Positions 1-9,616 of a stretch of DNA of 64,000 nt are shown one piece after another. Position numbers and translations under genes: made by a program. The stretch's first letter is position 1; each line of letters begins with the position of its first letter. The DNA lies in NCBI GenBank assembly GCA_003130835.1, contig QEXX01000081.1, positions 4,467-68,466 on the forward strand. Reading direction: 5' to 3'. The notes beneath the pieces are model-generated. The model was not told the DNA's origin. It saw only the letters and a list, made by a program, of their open reading frames with translations, and made no database searches. The DNA comes from Anaerolineae bacterium (GTDB lineage: Bacteria; Chloroflexota; Anaerolineae; Anaerolineales; UBA4823).

Positions 1-359
1 AGTTGCTACGCTTGGCTTGGCATGACCCAAGCCGCATCCCTCCTGAGACAATTGCCCTCTACCAAAAGCCCTTACAGGCAGAAAATTGGGACAAAGCCCT
101 GTGGGAATTGACTCTCGCCAGCCGCGAGTCGGACTTGCCCGCCCGCTTGCAGGAATTGCAAATGCCCTGCCTGGTGATCACCGGCGATGACGATCGCATC
201 GTGCCGACAGCAGATAGCCTGCGCCTGGCGGAAGAATTGCCCCAAGCGACCTTAGCGGTGATCGAAAACGCCGGTCATTTGCCTCATGAAGAACGCCCGC
301 AGGCGTTCATGCAAGCCGTAACGCAATTTCTGGTCGACCTCGGAGCATCTTCTCCATGA
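1..359 (+). CDS. alpha/beta hydrolase, C-terminal part (5' end outside window)
   Basis: C-terminal motifs LVITGDDDRIVP and ENAGHLPHEE (catalytic Asp/His region) typical of alpha/beta hydrolases. Confidence 0.85.
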   Translation, partial: LLRLAWHDPSRIPPETIALYQKPLQAENWDKALWELTLASRESDLPARLQELQMPCLVITGDDDRIVPTADSLRLAEELPQATLAVIENAGHLPHEERPQAFMQAVTQFLVDLGASSP

Positions 360-551
360 GGAAGCAGGATTGCAGGCTGAAGAACCGCGATCTGCGCCCA
401 ACTGACTCAGGTGGAGAGCTGTTTCGGCAGCCTCGGCAAGTTAAGCCTGAGGGCGGCTGGTGTCGCATCCCAAGCCAACGAGTGCCGAGCAGCTCGCCGA
501 TGCTTGTGCCTCAACCCGCGCTTCCCGTCACCCTTGTCCCGTCTTCTGCAG

Positions 552-746
552 GACGAGGGGAGTGCGGCGGGGCGCGTAGGTCATTAGCCCGTATCGAGAC
601 CCACCTACCGGGTTTCGATAGGCTCTACCCAGCGGGTTTCGGTACGATAGCCGGCGCTCGCAACTCAACCCCTTCCTTCACCCCCAGCCATCTCGCAGCC
701 GGCAAAGGGAGCATGACGGGTTTTGGTACACTGCGCTACTCAACCT
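552..746. repeat. degenerate composite REP/BIME-like repeat cluster
   Basis: GAGGGGAGTGCGGCGGG, GCCCGTATCGAGACC, CGGGTTTCGGTAC and TGCGCTACTCAACC match modules of the clusters at 23.7-24.0 kb and 29.3-29.6 kb. Confidence 0.8.
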
Positions 747-797
747 ACAACCCCGCCCCTTATGCTTCACTAACATTCTTATATTTAGGAGGAATCA

Positions 798-1277
798 ATG
801 CCCAGAGTTGCTCTAAACACCCCAGCACCTGACTTTACCCTGCCTGACTTCAACGGTAAGACAATCAAGCTGTCCGATTTTCGCGGCAGAGCGCATGTCT
901 TGTTGGTTTTCAATCGCGGCTTTGTCTGACCGTTCTGCCAGCGGCACATGGCGCAGTTGCGCCAGGACTATGCTCAATTCCAACAGCGCGGCGCAGAGAT
1001 TATCGTTGTCGGGCCGGAAAACGCCCGCGCTTTTGCAGACTACTGGCAAAAACAAGCCTTGCCCTTCATCGGCTTGCCCGACCCCAAAGCTAGCGTGTTG
1101 AAGCTCTATGGGCAGGAGGTCAATCTGTTCAAATTAGGGCGCATGCCGGCTCAAGTGATTGTCGATCGAGAGGGTTTGGCCCGCTTTGTTCACTACGGAC
1201 ACAGCATGGCAGACATCCCTGCAAACGAGGAACTGCTCGAGTTGCTTGACCAGTTAAATCAAACGGCAACGGCATAA
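798..1277 (+). CDS. peroxiredoxin-like (AhpC/TSA, redoxin) protein with UxxC motif; probable selenoprotein
   Basis: RBS AGGAGG then ATG 798; reads [43 protein letters not shown]-(TGA 927-929)-PFCQRHMAQ..., in frame with ORF 948..1277; hairpin TGGCGC-AGTT-GCGCCA at 949-964. Confidence 0.88.
949..964 (+). promoter_or_regulatory. candidate bacterial SECIS hairpin
   Basis: 6-bp stem TGGCGC/GCGCCA, loop AGTT (G at loop position 2), loop starts 25 nt after the in-frame TGA. Confidence 0.6.
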
Positions 1278-1278
1278 C

Positions 1279-2061
1279 ATGTCGTTCTGGGCAATTTACG
1301 CCGCCTTAGCTTTGGTCATTTTCGGGGCAATGACGTGCCTATGGCTGCTGAGTTTGCGCATCCACAATGCGGGCATCGTGGATGTCTTTTGGGGGATTGG
1401 TTTTGTGATGGTCGTTTGGGGCGCGTTCCTGCTCAGCGGAGATGAATTTGTCCCTCGCAAGCTTTTGATCGGCAGTTTGGTCACCGTTTGGGGCTTGCGC
1501 TTAGCGATGCATATTTTGATTCGTAATTGGGGCAAGCCGGAGGACTTTCGCTACGCTGCCTGGCGAGAGGCCGCCGGGCGTTCCTGGTGGTGTCGCAGTT
1601 ATTTCAAGGTTTTTCTATTGCAAGGACTGATTTTGCTCCTCGTGGCTGCACCGTTGTTGGATGTCCAAAGCAGGGCGGCTGCATCACCCCTTACCGGGTT
1701 GGATTGGGTGGCAGTTTTGCTTTGGCTCATTGGTTTCGTCTTCGAAGCCGGTGGCGATTGGCAACTGCTGCGCTTTAAGTCCAATCCTGCCAATCGCGGC
1801 GAGGTGTTGCAAAGCGGCTTCTGGCGTTACACCCGCCATCCAAACTACTTTGGCGATGCCTTGCAATGGTGGGCATTTTATCTCATTGCCCTGGCGGGTG
1901 GCGGTTGGTGGACGCTTTTCAGCCCTGTGTTGATGACTTATCTGTTGGTGCAGGTCTCTGGCGTAGCCATGCTGGAGAAAAGCCTACGCGAAGCCAAGCC
2001 GCAGTATCGCCAATACATCGAACGAACCAGCCCGTTTTTCCCTTGGTTCCCCAAGCGATAG
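1279..2061 (+). CDS. DUF1295 / steroid 5-alpha-reductase-like membrane protein
   Basis: hydrophobic; motifs IVDVFWG, EDFRY, D.QL..FK and GFWRYTRHPNYFGD. Confidence 0.88.
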   Translation: MSFWAIYAALALVIFGAMTCLWLLSLRIHNAGIVDVFWGIGFVMVVWGAFLLSGDEFVPRKLLIGSLVTVWGLRLAMHILIRNWGKPEDFRYAAWREAAGRSWWCRSYFKVFLLQGLILLLVAAPLLDVQSRAAASPLTGLDWVAVLLWLIGFVFEAGGDWQLLRFKSNPANRGEVLQSGFWRYTRHPNYFGDALQWWAFYLIALAGGGWWTLFSPVLMTYLLVQVSGVAMLEKSLREAKPQYRQYIERTSPFFPWFPKR

Positions 2062-2187
2062 GCAAAACAGATGCGATTTGGACAGGATTGCGCTTTCCCT
2101 GCGGCAAGGGATAAGTCAAGATAAGGGCAACGTCAGAACGCAGAGTTGTAGCCGTCAGAGGCATTCGGCGGGGGTTAGAGGCTGAAG

Positions 2188-2220
2188 GCGGGTTTCGATA
2201 CACTGCGCTACTCAGCCCGC
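2188..2220. repeat. single REP-like module
   Basis: GCGGGTTTCGATACACTGCGCTACTCAGCCCGC (GCGGG...CCCGC stem), same module as in the other clusters; lies between convergent genes. Confidence 0.7.
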
Positions 2221-2331
2221 CAGACCAGGGGGGTGGGCGTGTAAGTACCCACCTTCTTAACCTGTGAAAGAGGCAAGTTGGGAAGGGCAGCCCTCCAGGG
2301 CTGCCCGATACAGTCAGTTTTTGAAACCAGC

Positions 2332-4137
2332 TTACGCAGTCGGTTCAAACAGCGGCAGAATGGTCATCGCCGGCACAGCCACCAAGCCGCGGTCGGTCAG
2401 GCGCAGTTCGGGGATCACCGAGAGCGGCAGCAAATTAAAGCCCATATAGGGGATGGCAATGCCTTTTTCTTTCCACAAATGGTTGAAATGCTCCGACTCG
2501 GCGCGCACTTCGGTCGCCCGCTTGTCAGAGATCAGCCCCGCAATGGGCAAGGCAACCAACGCTTCTACCTTTCCTTGATCAACGATCACTAAGCCGCCGC
2601 TGTGTTCCTTGATGGTCTCTACCGCCAGGCGCATATCGGCTTCGTTCACGCCAGCGACAATGATATTGTGGGCGTCGTGTCCAACGCTGCTGGCGACGGC
2701 GCCGCTGCGCAAGTTGAAGCCTTGCAGCAAGCCATGCCCCACGCGCCCCGAACCCTGATGCCGTTCGACCACACTCAAGAAACACAGGTCGTGCTCGGCA
2801 AAATGCTCTTGCCAGCTTTTACCACCCTCAAGGGTGATCTTCTTATGGAAGGTCGTAATGCCGGGCAAAGCCACCTGGATGACATTGGCAACCACCGTTT
2901 CTTTGGGCAGTTCGGGCACGAGTTGATATTGGGGCGCCAGCTTGACGGTCTGATAGGCCGCCTGTGGATAGCGCCAGCGGTTTTCGAGTTGCTCTTCCAG
3001 CAGCGGGGTGATCTTGCGGTTTTCCACCATCAATTGACCGCCATACCAGGTGTTTTGCACTTCCAAGTCATCGTTGAGCAGGACAATATCAGCCCGCCGC
3101 GAATGTCCTAAGCCCCCGATTTCGTGATCCATGTGGTAGCGGGTTGCCGGATGGAGCGAACCCATGCTCCACGCAGTCAGTTTGGGGATGCCCAAGCGAG
3201 CGGCTTCCCGCACGCACCAATCCAAGCCAAAGAGGAAAAGGTCATCGGCGTCGCGATCATCGGTGCACAGGCAGAGGCGCTTGGTCGAGATTCCAAGCTC
3301 GGTCACCACTTTGATGATCTCCGGCAGGGAGTGCCAGGGCGTGGAAGGGTTGCCGGCGCGCATGAAGATCCATAAGCCACCTTCGAGGAAGTCCTCGGTG
3401 ATATCGCGGTCAATGGCTTCGTGGGTATCGGTGACGCCGGCTGCCGCGTAGGCAGCTACAAATTCGCGCCCGTAGCAGTGACCGCAGATCGGCAAGCCGC
3501 GCTTCAACGCCTCGGCGATCACGGCATGACTGCGGGTTTCGCTGAAGTAGACCGGCACATAATCCATCTTTTCGCCCAGCGCCACCGCCTCCGGCCAGGC
3601 ATCGAAAATAGCGCCGATCTTCTCGGGTGTTAGATCGCCACCAGCAGTTTCCAAATCTGGCGAGGTAGACGGGACCGTGCTGGGGACGGTGAGGAAAACG
3701 TTGAGCGGCGCATGGCGGGCATCCTCCAACATCCACTCAATGCCTTGGCGGTCGGCGACGTTGCCGATTTCGTGGCTATCGCAGAAGATGGTAGTATTGC
3801 CGTTTAGCAGGGCGCCTTCGGCGTAGGCACAAACAGTCATCATACTGCTCTCGACATGGATGTGGGGATCGACCAAACCCGGCGCCAAAATGCCGCCCTG
3901 CGCGTCGTAGAACTGAGCGCCGCTATCCCGTTTTGCCGTGCCGGCTTTTTGGACGGCGGCAATCCGTCCATGTTTGATCCAAATCTCTTTGTCCTCTAAT
4001 ATCCGCTCGGTATAGGTGGAGAGAATGCGGGCGTTGGTGATCACCAGGTCGGGTGCTGAGCGGCCGGCTGCCACATCGGCAAGCTCACGCGTGACTTGAT
4101 ACAGGGGGGGGACGGTGAAGCGGGTGATGCGAGTCAT
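2332..4137 (-). CDS. ade: adenine deaminase (amidohydrolase, AdeC-like)
   Basis: [25 protein letters not shown] and [12 protein letters not shown] motifs; RBS GAGGAGG before ATG 4137. Confidence 0.85.
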   Translation of the reverse strand: MTRITRFTVPPLYQVTRELADVAAGRSAPDLVITNARILSTYTERILEDKEIWIKHGRIAAVQKAGTAKRDSGAQFYDAQGGILAPGLVDPHIHVESSMMTVCAYAEGALLNGNTTIFCDSHEIGNVADRQGIEWMLEDARHAPLNVFLTVPSTVPSTSPDLETAGGDLTPEKIGAIFDAWPEAVALGEKMDYVPVYFSETRSHAVIAEALKRGLPICGHCYGREFVAAYAAAGVTDTHEAIDRDITEDFLEGGLWIFMRAGNPSTPWHSLPEIIKVVTELGISTKRLCLCTDDRDADDLFLFGLDWCVREAARLGIPKLTAWSMGSLHPATRYHMDHEIGGLGHSRRADIVLLNDDLEVQNTWYGGQLMVENRKITPLLEEQLENRWRYPQAAYQTVKLAPQYQLVPELPKETVVANVIQVALPGITTFHKKITLEGGKSWQEHFAEHDLCFLSVVERHQGSGRVGHGLLQGFNLRSGAVASSVGHDAHNIIVAGVNEADMRLAVETIKEHSGGLVIVDQGKVEALVALPIAGLISDKRATEVRAESEHFNHLWKEKGIAIPYMGFNLLPLSVIPELRLTDRGLVAVPAMTILPLFEPTA

Positions 4138-4379
4138 AGCAAACCTCCTCAATTAGACGATAATCATTAAACCAATTGTTATGCTTTGGCAAACATCCCA
4201 GCGCGTTAAGGTACACAACAACCATCTAAGGGGGGTTTCGCTGTGGCGATTGCCTGTCCCCCATGATACCATGAGCTGGGAAGCCCGAAAAGAGATTTGA
4301 GACGGCGATCTTAGCGGCGATGGACAAGCGAGAAAGCCAAACGGGTTGTCCTGTGAGGGTTAGACAAAAATAAAGAAGT

Positions 4380-5519
4380 TCAAGCATTGCGTCCAAGCAC
4401 GCAGTGAATCGCTTGATCAAACGTCTCTGCCATAGCTTCGACGTTGACTGCCTCAACTGCTAGGCGGAACGACTCGGCTCCCATGCGGCGCAGGCGGGCA
4501 GCATCGCTGAGCGCCTCGTCTAAGGCTTGCTTGAGAGTGGTCAAATCATTGGGCGGCACCAGCCACCCATTGGCGGGCTGCACCATGTCTTCTTGCGTGC
4601 CATCCCCCTCAGCCACAACGAGTGGCAAGCCGTGCGCCATGGCTTGCTGGACGGCTAAGCCACCGGTGCCCGGCAAGACGAACAAGTCTGCCCAGAAAAA
4701 GGCTTCACTGAGCGCTGCCCCGCGTCGGTCACCTAAAAAGCGGGCGGCAGGATAAAGTTGAGCCGCCAGCGCTTCTAGAGCCGAGCGTTCTGGGCCGTCG
4801 CCGACAATTGCCAGATGAGGTTGTCGGTGCGCTGGCAAGGCTGCACAAGCCTGTAGGAGCAAATCAACCCGTTTACGGGCTTGTAGGCGCCCGACGAAGA
4901 GCAGTTTGGGTTTCCCTTCAAAGGATGGCGGTTTGGGCGGCGGAGTTATCGTCGGGCGGCGCGCCACAGCATTGAGGGCGATAAAGACCCGCTCGGGCGG
5001 CAAACCCGCCAAGCGGTACTGCTCAGCGCCGCGGCGGCTGTAGGCAATGACCGCATCCATGCCCTGCAAAAAGTGGGCGCGTTCGGCTTGGCGCAAACGG
5101 CCGCTCACCCCCCTCAAAGGCGGTGCGCCCAATCCCCAGCCGATGATCTTTCCACCCCGCTGCCGCATCCATGACACTGCCAAGCGGGTCGCAAGATAGC
5201 GCGGGTTGGCTTCGACAATCAGTACTTGGGGCTGCCAAGCCCCCAGCCAACGTATTAGCCCTAACTGCCAACACAGATAGAGCGGATGGACGGGGTGGAA
5301 GAAATGCAGGTTGATGCCCGGCTGGAAGTGGGCGTTGGGGATGGCATGGGCAGGCCGAATCATCTCTTCTGCCAACGGCTGTCCGGCAAAAACGCTCAGC
5401 CCGCCCGGAAAGCGCTCGGCAAGGCACTCGAAAAACGCCACGCGGTAATCGGGCAGGACGCGCTGCTGCACCCCAATGCGCAGGCTAGCCTCTCTCGTCA
5501 ACGCGAAAGCTTTTGGCAT
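4380..5519 (-). CDS. GT4 family glycosyltransferase
   Basis: LLFVGRLQARKRVD, IVGDGPER and ADLFVLP...QAMAHGLPLV GT-B motifs. Confidence 0.9.
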   Translation of the reverse strand: MPKAFALTREASLRIGVQQRVLPDYRVAFFECLAERFPGGLSVFAGQPLAEEMIRPAHAIPNAHFQPGINLHFFHPVHPLYLCWQLGLIRWLGAWQPQVLIVEANPRYLATRLAVSWMRQRGGKIIGWGLGAPPLRGVSGRLRQAERAHFLQGMDAVIAYSRRGAEQYRLAGLPPERVFIALNAVARRPTITPPPKPPSFEGKPKLLFVGRLQARKRVDLLLQACAALPAHRQPHLAIVGDGPERSALEALAAQLYPAARFLGDRRGAALSEAFFWADLFVLPGTGGLAVQQAMAHGLPLVVAEGDGTQEDMVQPANGWLVPPNDLTTLKQALDEALSDAARLRRMGAESFRLAVEAVNVEAMAETFDQAIHCVLGRNA

Positions 5520-5529
5520 CTTCCCTCTC

Positions 5530-7833
5530 CTATGGCGGCGGAAAGGCGACCCAATACGAACGCCGTGGCCAAGCCGCTGGGCGGCTCAGGGGCGGATAGC
5601 CTTTCTTCATCCAACACAGGCGATACCCGCATTGCGTTAGAATCTGCCAAGCAGCCTCACTGCAGGCTGGATTGTGGGTTTCGAGCAGCACCAGCGGGCG
5701 CACTTGCTCAAGCAAGCGCCGCATGCCGCGTAGAACGGCTACTTCGCCGCCCTCGACATCGATCTTGACCACCTGGGGCGGCGGATAGCCCTGCTCAAAG
5801 ACGAGCGCATCCAGCGCCACGCCCGGCACAGCAAGCTGTTCGCTCCCCGCAGACACATCCGTTCCATGCTCCACAACCCGCCCGGTATCATCCGAAGGGC
5901 CAATCAAAAAGGTCACCGTTTGAGCGGCTTCCACCACCGCTGCGGCAACCACTTCCATCGGTGCTAAGCCGGCATTAGCCGCCAGATTCTGCTTTAGGCG
6001 GTGCACGTTGGCAGGGAACGGCTCAAAGGCGATCACCTTGCCCTGCTCGCCCACCCTGCGGGCGAACAAGAGAGTGACATAGCCCACATTGGCGCCCACA
6101 TCGTAAGCCGTCTGCCCGGCTTGCACCCATTCTTCAATTGCCCTTTGTAGATCAGGCTCATAGGTGCCCAACCAATAATCCTTCTCCTGAGAGAGGTCAA
6201 GGTACAGGCTTAGCCCGCGCAAACCGCCGGCGGTGATCTCCACCCACTGCAGGTTATTGCCCACAGCGCGGTTGACGCGGCGGCGCAGCCAATTGGCAAG
6301 CCACGGCAGGCGATAAACCCAGCGTTTGAGCGTTAAGGGCGTCAGGCGCGAGAGCTTGCCCAAACCTACCAGCCAGAGCGAAGTGCTCTGGGCGGCTTTC
6401 GAATCGCTCTCCTGCGCGCCGGCTTTCGAATCGCTCCCCTGCACCCCGCTACTCAAGCCGTTTTGGGGGCGCGGGTCGAGTAGGGCGTCAGCCCGTACCG
6501 AGACCTGCGCGCCGGGTTGCGAACTGCTCCCCTGCGCCCCGTTACTCAAGCCGCTTTGGGGGCGCGGGTCGAGTAGGGCGTCAGTCCGTACCGAGACCTG
6601 CGCGCCGGCTTTCGAACCGCTCCCCTGCGCCCCGTTACTCAAGCCGTTTTGGGGGCGCGGGTCGAGTAGGGCATCAGCCCGTACCGAGACCTGCGCGCCG
6701 GGTTGCGAACTGCTCCCCTGCGGCTCGTTACTCATGCTACCGCTTCCTCCTCCCGGCCTAGGAACAGGACTAGCGTTCAGGGCAATCCCCATCACTTGTG
6801 CATAAGCCTTTGCCATCTCACGCACATCGAAACAAGCTTCGGCGCGCGCCCGCGCTGCCGCACGCAGCGCCTCCTGTTGCAAAGCGATCTCCACGCCCGC
6901 TTGCGCTAAGGCGGCTACATCGGGCGTATCCAACCGCCAGGCATCTCCCCCATACGCCACCACGCGCCCACAAGTCTCGTTGACCAACTCCGGCAAGGCA
7001 CCGCTTTCGAAAGCCAGCACCGGCAAGCCACACGCCAATGCCTCGATCACAGAATTGGGACAGGCCGGATGGACATCTGCCGAGTAGAGCAAATGCGCCG
7101 AACGATCCAGAAAGGGGATTTCAGCCGCTGCCACGCGTCCCTGCCAGTGAATCGGCACACGGCTAAGCTTTTGATAAGCTTGGCGCACCGCTTCGGCAAC
7201 CTGCCCAACCACCATCAACTCTAGCCCTTGCGGATAGCGTTTGCCCCATTCGGGCTGCAAGGCGCGCAGTTCATCCATCAGGCGCATCGCCACGCCCAGC
7301 CCCCACTCATAACCACCCCCTAGCGTACCCTCGACCATGAGCACTCGCAGACGATCCTTGGGTCGTTGGTGCTCTCCTTGTGGACAAAACTGCTCTAAGT
7401 CAACCCCGTTGTAAATCACGCAGTGGGGCACAGGGGTTTTCCCATACACCCGTTCCCACCAGTCTTGAGCAAAGCGGCTCTGATAGACCACAGCCGTCGC
7501 CAAACGCCGCCGAATCAACGCCAAGGTGAGGTTGGCAATCTCGGCGCGCAGCCAGTGGCGCAGCGGCAATGTCCCCCCGCGCACGCTGGGGGGCAGGCGA
7601 TGCAGCCAATTCAGCCCATCCAAACGCTGTACAATCGGAATGCCGCGCCGCCGCACCCGCCACAAGTCTGCCAATTGGCGCGTGCCACCGATGACCAACA
7701 CGGCTTGATAGGGTCGGTCTTGCAAATCTTGCGTGACCTCAACTCCCCAGCTTTCCAAGACGGCCGTCAAGCGCTCCCGAAAAGAGACCATTCCCCCCAC
7801 TCCACTCACGCGCGGCACCAGACACACCTTCAT
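5530..7833 (-). CDS. GT4 glycosyltransferase joined in frame, via a repeat-derived linker, to an FkbM-family methyltransferase (possible internal start at 6735)
   Basis: N-part: IYNGVD, CPNSVIEALACGLPV. C-part: YDVGANVGY, AFEP, VKIDVEGGE. ATG 7833 overlaps the upstream stop (ATGA); no stop between the domains. Confidence 0.82.
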   Translation of the reverse strand: MKVCLVPRVSGVGGMVSFRERLTAVLESWGVEVTQDLQDRPYQAVLVIGGTRQLADLWRVRRRGIPIVQRLDGLNWLHRLPPSVRGGTLPLRHWLRAEIANLTLALIRRRLATAVVYQSRFAQDWWERVYGKTPVPHCVIYNGVDLEQFCPQGEHQRPKDRLRVLMVEGTLGGGYEWGLGVAMRLMDELRALQPEWGKRYPQGLELMVVGQVAEAVRQAYQKLSRVPIHWQGRVAAAEIPFLDRSAHLLYSADVHPACPNSVIEALACGLPVLAFESGALPELVNETCGRVVAYGGDAWRLDTPDVAALAQAGVEIALQQEALRAAARARAEACFDVREMAKAYAQVMGIALNASPVPRPGGGSGSMSNEPQGSSSQPGAQVSVRADALLDPRPQNGLSNGAQGSGSKAGAQVSVRTDALLDPRPQSGLSNGAQGSSSQPGAQVSVRADALLDPRPQNGLSSGVQGSDSKAGAQESDSKAAQSTSLWLVGLGKLSRLTPLTLKRWVYRLPWLANWLRRRVNRAVGNNLQWVEITAGGLRGLSLYLDLSQEKDYWLGTYEPDLQRAIEEWVQAGQTAYDVGANVGYVTLLFARRVGEQGKVIAFEPFPANVHRLKQNLAANAGLAPMEVVAAAVVEAAQTVTFLIGPSDDTGRVVEHGTDVSAGSEQLAVPGVALDALVFEQGYPPPQVVKIDVEGGEVAVLRGMRRLLEQVRPLVLLETHNPACSEAAWQILTQCGYRLCWMKKGYPPLSRPAAWPRRSYWVAFPPP
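6390..6735. repeat. intragenic 93-bp tandem repeat (three full units plus partial) derived from the intergenic REP family
   Basis: GGGTCGAGTAGGGCGTCAGCCCGTACCGAGACC (0-1 mismatch) at 6473, 6566 and 6659, exactly 93 bp apart; encodes 31-aa units such as PQNGLSNGAQGSGSKAGAQVSVRTDALLDPR. Confidence 0.95.
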
Positions 7834-8270
7834 GGACGCACGCCCACTTTGCGGGCTGGCACGCCAGCCCAAATCTCGTTCTCCCCGGTCGATTCGAGCA
7901 GCACCGCGTTGGCGCCCACCACCGTGCCGCGTCGCACTCGCAGGATACCCTCTTTGCCCAGCACTTTTGCACCGGGCGATAAGATGACATCGTCCTCGAT
8001 TACAATCCCTTCAAAGCGCGACTCGTGAATCGGCCGGTAGATGTCTGCCCTGCCCGTGCCCACGCCGGGGTAAATTTTGACCCGCTTGCCGATCACCGTC
8101 TTGGAGTGTATGACCACCCCAAAGCCGCCGTGTGCCAGCTCAAACCCTTCACCGATCGGCACACTGCGCGGGATCTCCACCCCCAACAGCTTGAGCAGGT
8201 AATAGGCGAAAATGCCCAAAATGGGCGCGTTGCGGGCATAGACCAAGCGGGTGTAAAAATCTTGCGCCAT
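7830..8270 (-). CDS. hexapeptide-repeat O-acyltransferase (serine acetyltransferase-like), polysaccharide modification
   Basis: IGEGFELAH, GVVIHSKTVIG, IEDDVILSPGAKVLG, VVGANAV and GVPARKV left-handed beta-helix motifs; heads an operon with two GTs. Confidence 0.85.
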   Translation of the reverse strand: MAQDFYTRLVYARNAPILGIFAYYLLKLLGVEIPRSVPIGEGFELAHGGFGVVIHSKTVIGKRVKIYPGVGTGRADIYRPIHESRFEGIVIEDDVILSPGAKVLGKEGILRVRRGTVVGANAVLLESTGENEIWAGVPARKVGVRP

Positions 8271-8672
8271 CCTTCCTTATTGGATCGAGAGGTGCGTCCT
8301 CTGAACGAGGGGTGTGGCAAGGGTAGGGGAATTTTATCATCGTTTGAAAGCAAACTGTGGGGCAAAAGGTCAACCCAACACCTTGCCGTGCCGCAACCAG
8401 CAGCGCAAGCGCCCAGCCCAGCGGAAACATCCACAGCCAACCATATAATGAAACTGAGCAATAGCAACCCGCATTCAGTAGCTGGCTGCTAGGCAACCGT
8501 TCTCCGTTGCAGTTGGCTCAGAACGGTCGGCGGTTGTGTCTCTGCAGGGATGGCCGGTAAGAAAAGAAAGAATCGATTCCCATCGCGCGAAATCACGTTG
8601 TCAGAAATTCCGACTACATTTATACTATAGGCGCGTTGAAAACACGTGTAATGCGCAAGAAAGGAAATCTTT

Positions 8673-9449
8673 ATGGCGTTATCCGTTGGGCAACTGGCAC
8701 CCGACTTTACTCTGTTCGACCAGCGCAAGCGCCCGGTCTCTCTGAGCGACTTTCGCGGGCGCAAGAATGTGGTCTTGGCTTTCTTCCCGCTGGCTTGGAC
8801 ACCAATATGAAGCAGCCAAATCCCATCCTATCAGGCGGCGCTCGACCGCTTTGAGCGGATGGATACCCAGGTTCTGGGTATTAGTGTGGACAGCAGCGAT
8901 TGTCTCTATGCTTGGGCGGAAAGCCTTGGCGGGATCACCTATCCCTTGCTGAGCGATTTCTTCCCGCATGGGCGCGTGGCGCAACTGTATGGGGTGCTGC
9001 GCCCTGAAGGGTATAGCGAGCGGGCGATCTTCGTCATCGACAAACGAGGGGTGATTCGCTATGTCGATGTGCACGAAATTGACGATCAGCCAGATAATGA
9101 GGTGCTGTTTGCTGAGCTGTATAAGCTCGAGCCAGAGTTAGCCGAAAAAGATCGCCAGATTCTGCAACGCCAGCAACAAGCCGAGGCTGCCAGCGAACCC
9201 GAAGCTCCTGCAGCCGAGGTGGTCATGTATTGCACCCCGTGGTGCCCAGCTTGCCGACGGGCGCGCGCCTACTTTAATGAGAAGAAAATTCCCTTTGTGG
9301 AGATCGACATCTCACGTGACCGAACGGCGGCTGCCCAAGTGCGCCAATGGGCAAAAGGCAACGAGACCACCCCCACCTTCCTCATCAAGGGCAAGGTGAT
9401 TGTAGAGTTCCGCATCGATGAAATCGAAGCGGCGCTAAAGCAAACGTAG
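8673..9449 (+). CDS. AhpC/TSA (AhpE-like) peroxiredoxin fused to a C-terminal glutaredoxin-like domain; probable selenoprotein
   Basis: ATG 8673 reads [14 protein letters not shown]...[13 protein letters not shown]-(TGA 8808-8810)-SSQIP..., in frame with ORF 8859..9449; TGA occupies the Cys of PxxxTxxC; C-terminal YCTPWCPAC and TTPT Grx motifs. Confidence 0.9.
8823..8863 (+). promoter_or_regulatory. candidate bacterial SECIS hairpin
   Basis: CGCTC/GAGCG upper stem (8839-8843 with 8853-8857), loop starting with G 33 nt after TGA; lower stem CCATC/GATGG also possible. Confidence 0.5.
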
Positions 9450-9616
9450 CGAGGGATGCAGCCATTGTGCTGGCGCACAATGGCTGCAAAAAGCTTTGTT
9501 CGTGCACAGCGTCGGGCTGCTCAGGCGCCATGCACACCCAGGGATGGCTGACTGGCTGCAGCTCGCCGCTGGACAGCCAGCGATAGAAAGCAAAATCGGT
9601 AGAAAGCGAGGTTGTG

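Noticed and set aside
356-832. 158-aa ORF, and similar ORFs at 23603-23848, 23645-23929, 23724-24104 and 29317-29577
   Set aside because: They are translations of REP-like repeat DNA with no protein family signal; 356..832 also overlaps the true start at 798
798-1277. Pseudogene call for the two peroxiredoxin genes (also 8673-9449)
   Set aside because: Each has a single in-frame TGA exactly at the catalytic Cys position, no frameshift or decay, and a downstream hairpin; Sec recoding is the simpler explanation, pending confirmation of sel genes
8093-8496. Small Cys-rich or hydrophobic ORFs between the acyltransferase and the second peroxiredoxin
   Set aside because: No RBS, conflicting overlapping frames and no family motif
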